Shown here piece by piece: positions 37,864 to 47,340 of a stretch of 64,000 nt of DNA; position 1 is the stretch's first letter, and each line of letters begins with the position of its first letter. The DNA is taken from the IMG/VR virus record IMGVR_UViG_3300023297_000003, one strand, 5' to 3'. This DNA is from a virus. Its lineage: Duplodnaviria; Heunggongvirae; Uroviricota; Caudoviricetes. The notes under the pieces are model-generated. The model saw nothing but the letters and a program-made list of their open reading frames with translations. It did not search any database and was not told where the DNA came from. The position numbers were made by a program, and so were the translations under genes.

Positions 37864-38325
37864 TTAGGTGGGCTGGCTGGGGTGTTCTATTCCTAACGCC
37901 TTTTGTGTAGGTGGGTCTAACCGGATGGTGTTGCTGTAGGGTGTGTCATAGTCCTCGTAGGCCCGCCATGGGCCTTCCCACTGCTGGTTTCCTATGGTCA
38001 GCGTGGCATTGAACTTTTCATTGACATAGCTGGGCCATGTGCCGGGGCACAGACGTGTCCTCAGGTGGATGCGATGGTGGTCTCCGTCTTTACTCGTGGT
38101 ATGACTCAGGACGGGGACATTGCGCCCCTGGGTCTTCAGCGTCCCGATCCTTGGGTTTGGGTAGGTTGTAACGACCGAGAGTCGGGGCAGGTCTTTGCCT
38201 TGGTCGATCCAGTTGATGTAGGGTCGCAGTTCGTCGTGGTAGGAGAGCCACCCCTCGTATCTGGTCAGCATCTTCCGGGCCATGTGCCAACCTTCCCAGT
38301 TGTCCCGGTAGGTGTTCTCCCACAC
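37864..38325 (-). CDS. hypothetical protein
   Basis: 153-aa ORF following the repeat protein. Confidence 0.55.
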   Translation of the reverse strand: MWENTYRDNWEGWHMARKMLTRYEGWLSYHDELRPYINWIDQGKDLPRLSVVTTYPNPRIGTLKTQGRNVPVLSHTTSKDGDHHRIHLRTRLCPGTWPSYVNEKFNATLTIGNQQWEGPWRAYEDYDTPYSNTIRLDPPTQKALGIEHPSQPT

Positions 38326-38333
38326 GACGACTG

Positions 38334-40031
38334 CTACGGGGGCGTTTTCTTGATCGCTTTTGGGGTCCGGCGGCGATCATTCCAGAAGGCCATGAAGCCA
38401 TTGGGGCCGTCCCAGGCTTCCTTGAACGGCTTGTGTTCGCTCTTGATCCTGGGGAGATCTTCCAGATCGTGGGAGCAGCAGGCGCAGACGCTCCCTTGGA
38501 GATCCACGGTGCATTCCCAGATTGCCGTGGTATTCAGTCCCTGGATGTCCTTCAGCCATGCCTGATAGTCCCCCACCGCCCTTTTGACATCAATCTTGGT
38601 GGGCATCCTGGTAGATTCGTTCTCCCTGTCGTGTGCCACGTCGCTCGGGGTAGGCTCGGTCTCGGGATGCTCGGGTTCCGGCCATACCACCAGAAGGGCA
38701 TGGAGGGCGTCGGTGGCCGTCATGATCTTGGTCGTGACGCCTGCCTTGGTGAGCAGTTTGGACAGCAGTTCGTGGGTCTCCCCCCAGGTCTTGTTGATGG
38801 TGTCGGCCAACTTGCGGGGGTCGCTAGGGGGGAAGGTGCCAGGGCTGAGTGCTTGAAACACGGAGCGCAGGCACTGTTCCCACACGCCCATTGGTGTAAC
38901 GGGAGTCTTCGGGATCTGGACCTTCTCGTGCCGGAGATTCCAGTAGGTGAGGAAGCCGAAATCGATGCCGTGCCACGCCGTGTGGAAGGCGTCGTCCGTT
39001 TTCGTAAACTGGTACAGGTCGGACAGGTCTTCGGATTGGCACCGGCTGAGGCCCAGCATCATGGTCCGATATCGTCCCCTTACAGCGCTGTGACGCCACC
39101 CGTGGCAGACCCTCAGCCACCGCTCGTAGTCGTCCAGGACATCCAGGGCTTCGGTCATGGTGGGGGGTTTCGGCTGGTCCGTGGACCCCTCGGAGGCGTC
39201 CTTGGGTCCATACTGAAACGCCCAGAAGGTGAGGAAGCCGAAATCGATGCCGTGCCACACAGCGTGGAGGTCGCCGTTTTCTACAAGGATCTGGGGGAGG
39301 TCATCCATATTTTCGGAGTGACACAGGCGAAGGATCCTCGCCATGGCCCATTGCCGTGCGGGGAGGTTGGTGGTGTCGAACCCGTCAGCCACCTGCAGCC
39401 ACCTGTTGTACCGTGTCAGGTTTTTCAGGACGTTGTACCGGGTCAGAGGAGGGAGGGAGGTGTCCGCCTGCTCCGGGGCCTTCACGGGGGCCGGAGGTGC
39501 CGGTTGGGACGTTGCCGGGGGTTCCAGTGGGGGCTGGTCGATGGTGTCCCAGAACTTCAGGAAACGCTTCCAGGCCAACCTGTAGTGCCCGGAACGGTTG
39601 AGGGTCTCTTCCAGGTCACAGGACCGGAACGATTTGCCCTTGTGGGACAGCCCCGTAAGGGCATACATTGTATCGGTGGTGACCCGCTCGCTATAACGCT
39701 GTACGTTGGGGTCGTCCCCGTGTTGTAACCAACTGTAAAATCGGGTCTTGTGGGACTGGAAGTCACCCGGAGTGGGTCCGGTCTTGTCCTTCCAGAAGGC
39801 CAGGAAGCTGAATTGGGACGTGGCCCAAGCTTCTTGAAGGCCTATGCCTGTCGTTTGTATGACAGCGAGGGCCACGGTTTTTTCGTTAAAGGGCGAGTGT
39901 GTTTCTCGGAGCAGCATGTCAAGGCACAGGGTGTTCGCTCTGATCCGCCTTGGGGCCACGCCCATCTGCTGGAGCCACTCAGCGTACTCGGGCTGGAAGG
40001 CCCTGACTTGTTTCCTGGTCGGGTGTTTCAT
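38334..40031 (-). CDS. tandem integrase core-binding (SAM-like) repeat protein, ~5 repeats
   Basis: repeats of Y..WL...G...  ...AW.G..GF(L/M).(F/Y)W; no RHRY catalytic motif seen. Confidence 0.6.
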   Translation of the reverse strand: MKHPTRKQVRAFQPEYAEWLQQMGVAPRRIRANTLCLDMLLRETHSPFNEKTVALAVIQTTGIGLQEAWATSQFSFLAFWKDKTGPTPGDFQSHKTRFYSWLQHGDDPNVQRYSERVTTDTMYALTGLSHKGKSFRSCDLEETLNRSGHYRLAWKRFLKFWDTIDQPPLEPPATSQPAPPAPVKAPEQADTSLPPLTRYNVLKNLTRYNRWLQVADGFDTTNLPARQWAMARILRLCHSENMDDLPQILVENGDLHAVWHGIDFGFLTFWAFQYGPKDASEGSTDQPKPPTMTEALDVLDDYERWLRVCHGWRHSAVRGRYRTMMLGLSRCQSEDLSDLYQFTKTDDAFHTAWHGIDFGFLTYWNLRHEKVQIPKTPVTPMGVWEQCLRSVFQALSPGTFPPSDPRKLADTINKTWGETHELLSKLLTKAGVTTKIMTATDALHALLVVWPEPEHPETEPTPSDVAHDRENESTRMPTKIDVKRAVGDYQAWLKDIQGLNTTAIWECTVDLQGSVCACCSHDLEDLPRIKSEHKPFKEAWDGPNGFMAFWNDRRRTPKAIKKTPP

Positions 40032-40053
40032 CGTGTTCCTCCTACTGGATCAT

Positions 40054-40079
40054 CTACTCCCTGGCGGCAGCAGATGATC
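40054..40079 (-). promoter_or_regulatory. class A promoter GATCATC-N13-GAGTAG
   Basis: exact match, 22 nt upstream of ATG 40031. Confidence 0.78.
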
Positions 40080-40093
40080 CAGTGTTGAATCTG

Positions 40094-42685
40094 TCATGTG
40101 AGCTTGGCGAGGAGTGCATCCAGCACCTTGGGGTCGGTTCCGGTCTTGGTCTCCCGCCAACGTGCGGCGAGGATCTCCTGGGTCAGGTTGGCCGGGGTAC
40201 CCCTGTCAGGCCAGTTCCTTTTGAGGTACCGAAGTCCTTCGGGGAAGGTGAGGGTCTGCCCCTTGGACCATCCGGCCTTGTGCAGAAGCTCGGTCAGCAG
40301 CGTTTCGAGAACCATCCAGGTGTTGCGGATACTTTCCGCTACCTCGTGGGGGTCGGTGACCCCGGTGATGTTGAGGGTCTTCCTGATCTGCACCAGGGCG
40401 TCCTTGTAGGGGTTGTCCTGGGGTACAGACTTGAAGTCCCAGTCGGCCTTGAGGAGGCGGATGGCCTCCCTGAGTGTGATGAGGGGATCCGCCCTGTTGA
40501 TTCCCGCTTCGTCCATCCAGTTGTTGAGTCTAGCCCAATCCGTTGCCCAACCGTCACGGAAGGACTCAGTCAGTTCAGTAGGGTCAGTGAGGGCGCTGCC
40601 GTGGAACATGGTCTTGATCAGGGTGCGGAAACTCTGTTCATACACATCGGACTGCGGGGTGGTCTCGGGTTTGGGGGCCTCCGCTGCATCCAGGAGAAGC
40701 TGGAAACATTTGCCCATTGTGCTGTCCTGGGGTGTTTCGATACCTGCCTGGGTCATCAGGACATTCAACAAGTCATTGTCTTCCGACCATTCCTTGATGA
40801 TGCTGTCGACCATTTCCTTGGCATTTGCCTTGGGATCATAGTTGGAGTCGAGGGACTTGGCCACGGTCTTGAGGCCCCCCTCCCAGGTCAGGGGCTTGGA
40901 GAGCGCCTCGGCGGGTTCAGGCGTCTCCACCGGGGGCGTCATGACGATGAGGGGCGTCTGAATGTCCCTGTATTCAGTCCAGAAGTGCATGAAGCCGGAG
41001 CCCCCGAGCCAAGCGTCCCGGTAGAAGTTGGACATTGGGATGTTCAGCACGGAGTAGATGTCATCCAAAGTGGGTGAGGTGGAGTGCTTGATGATCTGCC
41101 GGAGTCCACTCATACGGTTGCCGGTCGACTTCCGACTGAGCTTGCGGCTTGTGCTCAGCCAGAGTTCAAATGCGCCCTTGAGGGCCTCGACGTCGGCCTT
41201 GGTGGGCTTCCTGATGTCGGTGGGCGTGTCCGTTACCGGCTCAGGCTCGGGGACCGGCGTGGCCTTCGTGGGGGCCTCGACCGAGATGTCCTGGGCCTGG
41301 TAGAAGATCATGAACTTTCTCCAGGCGTTCCTGTAGTGCTTGGACTTGTTGAGCACCGGGGCGAGGTCGGTCGGGCTGAAGGACTTGACCTTAAGGGACA
41401 GCCCAAGGACTGCCTTGGCGTAGTCGCCAGCCACCCGCTCGGTGTGACCCTGTTCCCTCATCCAGGAGCGGAAGGCGGGAGTCAACGACTGGATCTGGTG
41501 GTGGCTGATCGGAAGGGCGTTCCGTTCGTTCCAGAAGGCCAGGAAGCCGTAGTTTCCGTTCCAGGCATAGTTGGGCGTCTGTTTCATTCCTGAGAGCGCC
41601 TTATTTACGGTTTCCTGGTCCCAGGACGTGACGGTCTTCAGCAACTGCCGGAGGGCCTTGCGGTAAACCTCCGCCGTGTTGGGGGTGCAACCCCGGCGCA
41701 CCACCCAATCGGGGTACTCAGACAGGGACTGGGCTACCTGGGCTTCGGTCGGGAACAGGTGACAATACTTCAAGGGGGTCTCCTTGTTCTTGTTGGGCGT
41801 CTTGGGCTTTGCAGGGATCGGATCCGGTTCCGTGACCTCGGACGGCTTGTTATACTGCTTCCAGAAGGGCACGAAACCGGAGGGGCCGATCCAGGCGTAG
41901 TAGTTGATGTAGGTCGCACGCACGAGGGTGTTGATGTTCATCGGGGTGCCCTTGTGGATCATGCGTTCCGCAGCACTGACCCAGACCCGAACGGAACTGG
42001 ACTTGAAGTTTTGTTCCTTGACCAGCCATTCCCTGTACGCCGGGATGGCGGCAAGTGGGACGGAGAAGTCTTCGGGCATGTCCCAGGTGACGGTCGGGAT
42101 GTTGGCGGGGAGCCTTGCCGTGTCCGGGGTTACCGTGACGTTCTTCCACCATGTCAGCAGCCCAGACTGCCCGAGTGTGGCATAACGGTAACGGAGAGGA
42201 TGCCCGGTCAGGGCCTCCTTCAGGTTCTCGGTCGTGACGTTGGTCACACAGCCCAGGACGATGTGTGCGATTCGCAGGTACTCCTCTACCGTTTCGTGCT
42301 TGAGCAGCCCCCCCGCCTCCATCCAAATCCTGTACTCGGGGAGCCGGTTGATGACGGTCTTGGGGGACACACCCCAGATGGCCGGGGGCGTGTCCTTGGC
42401 CAGGAGCAGGGTGAGACGGAACACCTGGAGGTTGCTCCAAACGGACGCCATATGCGTCTGCTTGTTCTTGCTCGTTTGGCTGGCCCAGTCGTCCGCCACT
42501 ACCTTGTTCACGTCATCGATCGTGAACGGGTCCGGGAGCACCTTCAGGAGGCGATCCAGGTTGAGCAGGTAGTACGTGATGGTCTTCTCGGCCAGTCCCT
42601 TGCCTTGTCGGGCCTTCGTGTAGAGCCAGTTGCGAAAATCGGGGATGAGTTTGCGGATCAAGGACTTGCGGATCTTTTCGTGCAT
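40094..42685 (-). CDS. tandem integrase core-binding (SAM-like) repeat protein, ~6 repeats + 3 C-terminal helical repeats
   Basis: IPDFRNWLYTKARQGKGLAEKTITYYLLNLDRLL resembles XerC/D N-domain F..YL..ERGLS.NT...Y..DL. Confidence 0.65.
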   Translation of the reverse strand: MHEKIRKSLIRKLIPDFRNWLYTKARQGKGLAEKTITYYLLNLDRLLKVLPDPFTIDDVNKVVADDWASQTSKNKQTHMASVWSNLQVFRLTLLLAKDTPPAIWGVSPKTVINRLPEYRIWMEAGGLLKHETVEEYLRIAHIVLGCVTNVTTENLKEALTGHPLRYRYATLGQSGLLTWWKNVTVTPDTARLPANIPTVTWDMPEDFSVPLAAIPAYREWLVKEQNFKSSSVRVWVSAAERMIHKGTPMNINTLVRATYINYYAWIGPSGFVPFWKQYNKPSEVTEPDPIPAKPKTPNKNKETPLKYCHLFPTEAQVAQSLSEYPDWVVRRGCTPNTAEVYRKALRQLLKTVTSWDQETVNKALSGMKQTPNYAWNGNYGFLAFWNERNALPISHHQIQSLTPAFRSWMREQGHTERVAGDYAKAVLGLSLKVKSFSPTDLAPVLNKSKHYRNAWRKFMIFYQAQDISVEAPTKATPVPEPEPVTDTPTDIRKPTKADVEALKGAFELWLSTSRKLSRKSTGNRMSGLRQIIKHSTSPTLDDIYSVLNIPMSNFYRDAWLGGSGFMHFWTEYRDIQTPLIVMTPPVETPEPAEALSKPLTWEGGLKTVAKSLDSNYDPKANAKEMVDSIIKEWSEDNDLLNVLMTQAGIETPQDSTMGKCFQLLLDAAEAPKPETTPQSDVYEQSFRTLIKTMFHGSALTDPTELTESFRDGWATDWARLNNWMDEAGINRADPLITLREAIRLLKADWDFKSVPQDNPYKDALVQIRKTLNITGVTDPHEVAESIRNTWMVLETLLTELLHKAGWSKGQTLTFPEGLRYLKRNWPDRGTPANLTQEILAARWRETKTGTDPKVLDALLAKLT

Positions 42686-42705
42686 AGGGCACCTCCTGAC
42701 ATCCT

Positions 42706-42731
42706 CTACTCCCTGACGGTGTCAGATGATC
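42706..42731 (-). promoter_or_regulatory. class A promoter GATCATC-N13-GAGTAG
   Basis: exact match, 20 nt upstream of ATG 42685. Confidence 0.78.
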
Positions 42732-42777
42732 CAACAGTTCCGACTGGGGTAGAGTGATCTGACAAAAGGAGACCCCA

Positions 42778-43626
42778 ATGCGTTACCCACCGAATGCTGT
42801 ATTTCCTCCAGGGTTCGATACCCCTCCCCGAGTCGAGTCCGCCCCACGGGCGTCCATGAAGTACGTGAACATCCGGGCAAGCGGTGTAGCCGTCCCGATC
42901 CTTGAGAAGGTACAGGGCACTCCAGCGTGGGCCATCGGGGATGACGGTGTGGGGGTGATTCAGATCCCAGAGCCGAACAAGCGGGTACTCCTTCCGATGT
43001 TCACCATCATTGTGACGGACAAGGTGTTCCCCAGCCCCCGGAACATTGTGGCCTCAGTCGGAACTCTCCTCCGGTCCAAGGTGGACGACCTGATGAAGGT
43101 CCAGTCGGGTTGTGACCTGATGGTCATCGCCTTTGAGACGTTGGAAGCCCCCAAGAGAGATGGTAGTGAAGGAACCGTTTGGAGCCTGCAGTGTGGGGTC
43201 GGGTGTCTTCAGAACGATGACGATCTCTATGGTATCGCCACGGACGAGCTGCAGATCGGGGGGGGGGTAGAGTTGCCTGACTGCTGGGACAGGAAGGTCA
43301 CGGAGATCAAGTTGTGGGAGGCTCTCCGGGCGTTAGAAGGGACCTTGTTTGGCCTGGGGGGTGAGCCGCTTGATCAATTTGACCCGTTTGAACAACAGCG
43401 TCCCCTCCGGGGGTTTGATGAGGTGGGGTTCCAGCGGCTGCGGGAGCCCCAGATGGTGATTGGACCAGAAGCGCTGAAGGGGCACATCGGAATACAGCAT
43501 GCCCAGGACCATAGGCGGCGTTGCCATTGGGCCTTCACACTCGCACCCCCAAACCTGACTTCGGAAAATGGATGCGCTGGCAAAGTTCATAGCTTGGTCC
43601 TGGGTGGCGAACACGAAAAGACCTGA
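42778..43626 (+). CDS. hypothetical protein, paralog of 57160..57684
   Basis: WSLQCGVG/WSMVCGIG and VELPDCWD/MELPDTWD; the 3' ~294 nt overlap the convergent gene. Confidence 0.6.
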   Translation: MRYPPNAVFPPGFDTPPRVESAPRASMKYVNIRASGVAVPILEKVQGTPAWAIGDDGVGVIQIPEPNKRVLLPMFTIIVTDKVFPSPRNIVASVGTLLRSKVDDLMKVQSGCDLMVIAFETLEAPKRDGSEGTVWSLQCGVGCLQNDDDLYGIATDELQIGGGVELPDCWDRKVTEIKLWEALRALEGTLFGLGGEPLDQFDPFEQQRPLRGFDEVGFQRLREPQMVIGPEALKGHIGIQHAQDHRRRCHWAFTLAPPNLTSENGCAGKVHSLVLGGEHEKT

Positions 43627-43941
43627 GCCAGGGAATGCGCTCATCCATTTCTCGGGGGTGTAGCTGTAGGCCCAGGCTGAGTACTGGGAAAAGGATTCTA
43701 AGTCACCCCGGAGAGTACTGACGACGACTTTGTATGCCGTACAGGAGGCTTCCTGGCGAGTGAGGGCCTCCTTTGCGGCTCGTTCCAGGGCCTTCTGATC
43801 AGCTTCCCGCTGGGTCTTGTCCCGGAACTCCTGGACATCCTTGTCCGTGAGGAACCAGGAGGGTAGCCCGAAAGAGGCGCTCAGGGTCCGTTTCCAGTTG
43901 GCCCGTTGCTCGGACGTGAGCTTGCCGTCGTCGGTGGTCAT
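43333..43941 (-). CDS. AYKVV-family hypothetical protein
   Basis: AYKVV...GLFVF...P.GTLLFKRVKL shared with 47816..48211 and 48208..48603. Confidence 0.7.
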   Translation of the reverse strand: MTTDDGKLTSEQRANWKRTLSASFGLPSWFLTDKDVQEFRDKTQREADQKALERAAKEALTRQEASCTAYKVVVSTLRGDLESFSQYSAWAYSYTPEKWMSAFPGSGLFVFATQDQAMNFASASIFRSQVWGCECEGPMATPPMVLGMLYSDVPLQRFWSNHHLGLPQPLEPHLIKPPEGTLLFKRVKLIKRLTPQAKQGPF

Positions 43942-43994
43942 TCCGTGATTTCGCACATGGTAATGTTGTCCTTGGCCTCGAATTTCTGTGCCTG

Positions 43995-44675
43995 TTGATA
44001 TTTCAGTTTTACACCGATCAGGGTGGCCAGTGTTGCAATGTTTTTTCTGATGGTGAATTGTCGACCAGCTCTCAGGGAGCTACCAGGCAGGAAGGCCTGG
44101 GTTGGGTCATTCACGTATGCAGAAAGAAGAAGGGATCGAGGAATCGGGGGAAAGCAAAGCATCGTCTCGCCCGCCAACATTATCGAATTTCCTGCGTTCG
44201 TAAGGATGCGCTTCATAAGGCCACCACTGCGATAGCCAAACGGTGTGTGATTGTTGGGATCGAGTCCTTGAATGTGTCAGGGATGATGAAAAACCATTGT
44301 CTGGCTCGAAGTTTATCTGACGCAACGATGGGAAACTTCCTTCGTTGTCTGAAGTACAAGGTAGCTTGGCACGGTGGGACAATCGTAGAGGCAGATCGAT
44401 GGTTCCCCTCGTCCAAGATGTGTTCGGTTTGTGGTGAGGTTAAGCACAAATTAACCTTGAGGGATCGTGTTTTCCATTGTGATTCCTGTGGACACATACA
44501 GGATCGTGATGAGAACGCAGCTTGTAATTTAAGAAATTTGGCCGTCAGTTCGACGGTTACAGCCTGTGGAGAGGAAAGCGCTGGCTTGGTTCATCTGAAC
44601 CAAGTGAAACTATCCTCAATGAAGCAGGAACCTAACCCTGATGGGGGGCCTGTGTCCTCGATTGGGTCAGTTTAG
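43995..44675 (+). pseudogene. tnpB: TnpB C-terminal fragment (RuvC-I missing)
   Basis: KKKGSRNRGKAK, GIESLNVSGM, FPSSKMCSVCG, DRDENAACNL; no N-terminal half. Confidence 0.85.
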
Positions 44676-44683
44676 GAGAACGG
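44024..44683 (+). mobile_element. internally deleted IS607/IS605-type element (family 2)
   Basis: right end TTTAGGAGAACGG identical to the MITE at 7335; left end tentative (GG|TGGCCAG vs GG|TTGCCAG at 6970). Confidence 0.7.
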
Positions 44684-44696
44684 TCCGTAAACGTTC

Positions 44697-45047
44697 CTAC
44701 CTGTAGATGAGCTTCCCGAGCGCCGTGATGACCACCCGTAGGACAGCCCACCCGATCACCAGAGCGACCGTCAGCAGGGACGTCTTCCAGGCCCAGTTGA
44801 AGGACACCACCAGATAGTCTACGAAGAAGGCCCATGTGACCCCGAATTGTTCCACCCATTGCCCAAAAGCGAAGAGGACCCAGGCCAAAGCCAGCACGGA
44901 GAACAGGACCCACTGCCAAGTGGCCCAGCCTTTGTGTTTGGGTCGGCGTGTTCCGCTGGGCCTCCGAGGGGCATAGCCCTCTAAGTCGTCATCTCGGAGG
45001 TGTTCACCGTTCCGAAATCTCTCATCGTGGTCGTGCATGTCTCCCAT
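44697..45047 (-). CDS. membrane protein
   Basis: two to three hydrophobic segments; AGGAGGT RBS; class A promoter upstream. Confidence 0.65.
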   Translation of the reverse strand: MGDMHDHDERFRNGEHLRDDDLEGYAPRRPSGTRRPKHKGWATWQWVLFSVLALAWVLFAFGQWVEQFGVTWAFFVDYLVVSFNWAWKTSLLTVALVIGWAVLRVVITALGKLIYR

Positions 45048-45066
45048 TGTGACCTCCTACCCTCAG

Positions 45067-45092
45067 CTACTCTGGTGGTGTCACAGATGATC
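45067..45092 (-). promoter_or_regulatory. class A promoter GATCATC-N13-GAGTAG
   Basis: exact match, 19 nt upstream of ATG 45047. Confidence 0.78.
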
Positions 45093-45121
45093 CCCTGTTG
45101 GGACTTACAGGCACAAAGGAG

Positions 45122-45358
45122 CTATTTCCGCATGTCTTCAGGGTGCTCGTCGGGGTCGAAGCGACGTTTGCCGTCCTTCGGGCCAGACCAGGGGTCGTAT
45201 AGCGTTTTCAGGTCCGGGATGTTGTCCCCGTCCCCGTCAGTGAGAAGGCGCTGTGTGGCCCCTCTACGGACACGACGGTTCATATACCGCTTCCAGAGTT
45301 TCTCTGAATTACAACAAACGATAGTCTGTTTCGGGGTCTTCTTCCGTGAGCGTGACAT
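45122..45358 (-). CDS. small basic hypothetical protein
   Basis: MSRSRKKTP...SEK.WK...RR.RR...DPWSGPKDGK. Confidence 0.65.
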   Translation of the reverse strand: MSRSRKKTPKQTIVCCNSEKLWKRYMNRRVRRGATQRLLTDGDGDNIPDLKTLYDPWSGPKDGKRRFDPDEHPEDMRK

Positions 45359-45522
45359 GATGCCCTCCTCCTACATAAGGATTGTGCAGGAAGATCGTTC
45401 TAAAGTCAAGGGCTGGGCTGTGTATTGACTTCTGACATCAGACCTCCTATGCTACCATGTCCCGACAGTCTTTACACATTCACACGGGCGTGGAGTCGTT
45501 CTCCACGTCTTCCTTGTAAGGG

Positions 45523-47033
45523 TACTTGACAGCACCCGATTTAGTTGCTAAAATCTAACTATTCCTGTTTGAAACAGGAATCAGAGGTTAGTAAATGAAG
45601 TGTCGCATCTTTCGACTTCACAAGGACACCAACCCGTCCAAAATCGATAAGTTGGAAGCCCTGCACAAAGTCTACGTCAAGTATGTCCGTATCTGCGTAC
45701 AAACAATGCTCGACCAGCGAACCCACAATCTCCCGAAGTCCGCCAAACAGACGTTCTTTCCACGAGCTACCAACCTTACATCCCAAATCGAAAAGATCGC
45801 ACGAGACCACGCCATCCAGATCGTGAGCGCTTGGGCCAAGGCCACTTACGCTCGCAAATTGAAGCCGACTATCACCAATCTCAAACACGATGGTACCCTT
45901 ACCGAACAAGACGCCAAAGCACTCTACACCATTGGATTAAAATCCATCAGTAAGCCATGGAAATTCATTACCCAAGACCACCTCGACGCCTACCACGTTC
46001 TGCTGGACACATACGGAGGCAATAAGCCTATCGTAAGGGACAACCTGCCCATGATGTTGTCAGAAATGACGGCTCGATTGGAAGACACAACTAAAGCTCC
46101 TCTCGGGGATTTCTGGCTGAGGGTGTCTTCGTTAGAACCTCGCAAGTCCGTCTGGTTACCTCTCGTTGGGAATCCTTACATCCAGCAGGCTGACCAAGTT
46201 AGCAAAGGTGTTTCAGCCCGCAAGACCAAGCGAGGCTTTTGGCGTTTTGAGGCGGTCAGCAAGGACGAATGGATTGTTCCTGAAGCACAGGAAGGTTGGC
46301 CTAAGTTGGGTGTGGACGTTGGTTTGAATGTGCTCGCAGCTACATCAGATGGCGTGACCTATGGTGAACACGTCAAACTCAAGTTCGATAAACTCTACGC
46401 TCGTGTCAGGAATCTCAGAGCAAATCGCCAACGACAGGACTTAAAGGACAACAGTCCAAAGTTGGACCACCTTGAGAGCAAACTGAGTGGGTTGATCAAA
46501 ACAGAAACGGGTCGTGTAGTAAACACCCTTATCGTTCGTCATCCTAAGACAGTGTTCGTGGTTGAGGATCTTGATCTTCGAGGTTGTCGGGGTCAAAAGA
46601 GGTTTGCTTACAGGGCGTTACAAGTCAACTTGGAAAGGAAGACTCCGGTTGAGAAGGTGAACCCAGCTTATACTTCGCAGGAGTGTCCTTCTTGTGGTTA
46701 TGTTCATCGAGGAAACCGAAATTCAACAAGGTTCCATTGCCGCTCGTGCGGCAGGAAAGCTCATGCTGATTGGGTGGGAAGTTCTGGTGTGCTCAGACGT
46801 TCTGGAGACGAACACATCGGTACTAACGATCATCCGAGAGGCGTAAAACGAGTGCTGAGAGAGCGATTCCGTGTTAAGCGGACCAGTTCCTTGGGATTCG
46901 GGCGATTAGAGCGGTCGTCAATCGAGCCCTTACCGTTGGGCCGGAGGTTTACTACCGTTGGATCAGATTCGTCTGGCAGCGGCACAGCTTCAAACTTGAT
47001 GCCTGTTACATTCCAGCAGGTTTTAAGGAACGG
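45523..47033 (+). mobile_element. non-autonomous IS607-family element (family 1, tnpB only)
   Basis: GG|TACTTGACA-17-TAAAAT left end, hairpin ATTCCTGTTT-G-AAACAGGAAT, right end GGTTTTAAGGAACGG. Confidence 0.92.
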
Positions 47034-47061
47034 TGATGTGCTCATCCACAAGGGGCTGTAG
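45595..47061 (+). CDS. tnpB: TnpB endonuclease, close paralog of 16209..17624
   Basis: GVDVG / VVEDL / HAD intact; ORF runs 28 nt past the right end. Confidence 0.92.
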   Translation: MKCRIFRLHKDTNPSKIDKLEALHKVYVKYVRICVQTMLDQRTHNLPKSAKQTFFPRATNLTSQIEKIARDHAIQIVSAWAKATYARKLKPTITNLKHDGTLTEQDAKALYTIGLKSISKPWKFITQDHLDAYHVLLDTYGGNKPIVRDNLPMMLSEMTARLEDTTKAPLGDFWLRVSSLEPRKSVWLPLVGNPYIQQADQVSKGVSARKTKRGFWRFEAVSKDEWIVPEAQEGWPKLGVDVGLNVLAATSDGVTYGEHVKLKFDKLYARVRNLRANRQRQDLKDNSPKLDHLESKLSGLIKTETGRVVNTLIVRHPKTVFVVEDLDLRGCRGQKRFAYRALQVNLERKTPVEKVNPAYTSQECPSCGYVHRGNRNSTRFHCRSCGRKAHADWVGSSGVLRRSGDEHIGTNDHPRGVKRVLRERFRVKRTSSLGFGRLERSSIEPLPLGRRFTTVGSDSSGSGTASNLMPVTFQQVLRNGDVLIHKGL

Positions 47062-47340
47062 GATTTTGATGATTTCCTTTTTGGCATCAGCATAGGCCAG
47101 GGCTTTGTTGACCGTCTCGGCGGGAAGCTGGCAGTGCCCCACGACCTTGGTGTCGGGTGCCTCCTTCAGGTCGAAGCCGGTGAGTATGTACAGCCTGTCC
47201 TTGTGAACGGTGATTGCGAGGTTGTCCAACTCGGGCACAATGAAACGGATGACGGTAGTCATCATCCCGTGAATCCAGCCCGAGTCCCCGTCCGAGACCG
47301 TTTGTTCGACGATGATCGTTTCGTGACTTTTCATTGTCAT
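47023..47340 (-). CDS. hypothetical protein, C-terminus clipped by IS insertion
   Basis: stop codon TAA lies inside the IS right end. Confidence 0.55.
   Translation of the reverse strand: MTMKSHETIIVEQTVSDGDSGWIHGMMTTVIRFIVPELDNLAITVHKDRLYILTGFDLKEAPDTKVVGHCQLPAETVNKALAYADAKKEIIKILQPLVDEHITVP

Noticed and set aside
38433-39728. Long + strand ORFs such as 38433..39728, 40082..41077, 41759..42757 and 50106..51503 (-)
   Set aside because: Antisense shadows of well-supported genes, lacking RBS or recognisable motifs.
38334-42685. Active tyrosine integrases
   Set aside because: Only N-terminal CB-like repeats; no R...H-x-x-R...Y catalytic signature seen.
43938-44700. Amber (TAG) recoding: the rebuilt empty site puts 32 codons in frame after the TAG of 44697..45047
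   Set aside because: It depends on a tentative left end, many intact genes here end at TAG, and long ORFs are not fragmented by TAG; more likely a remnant of another gene.
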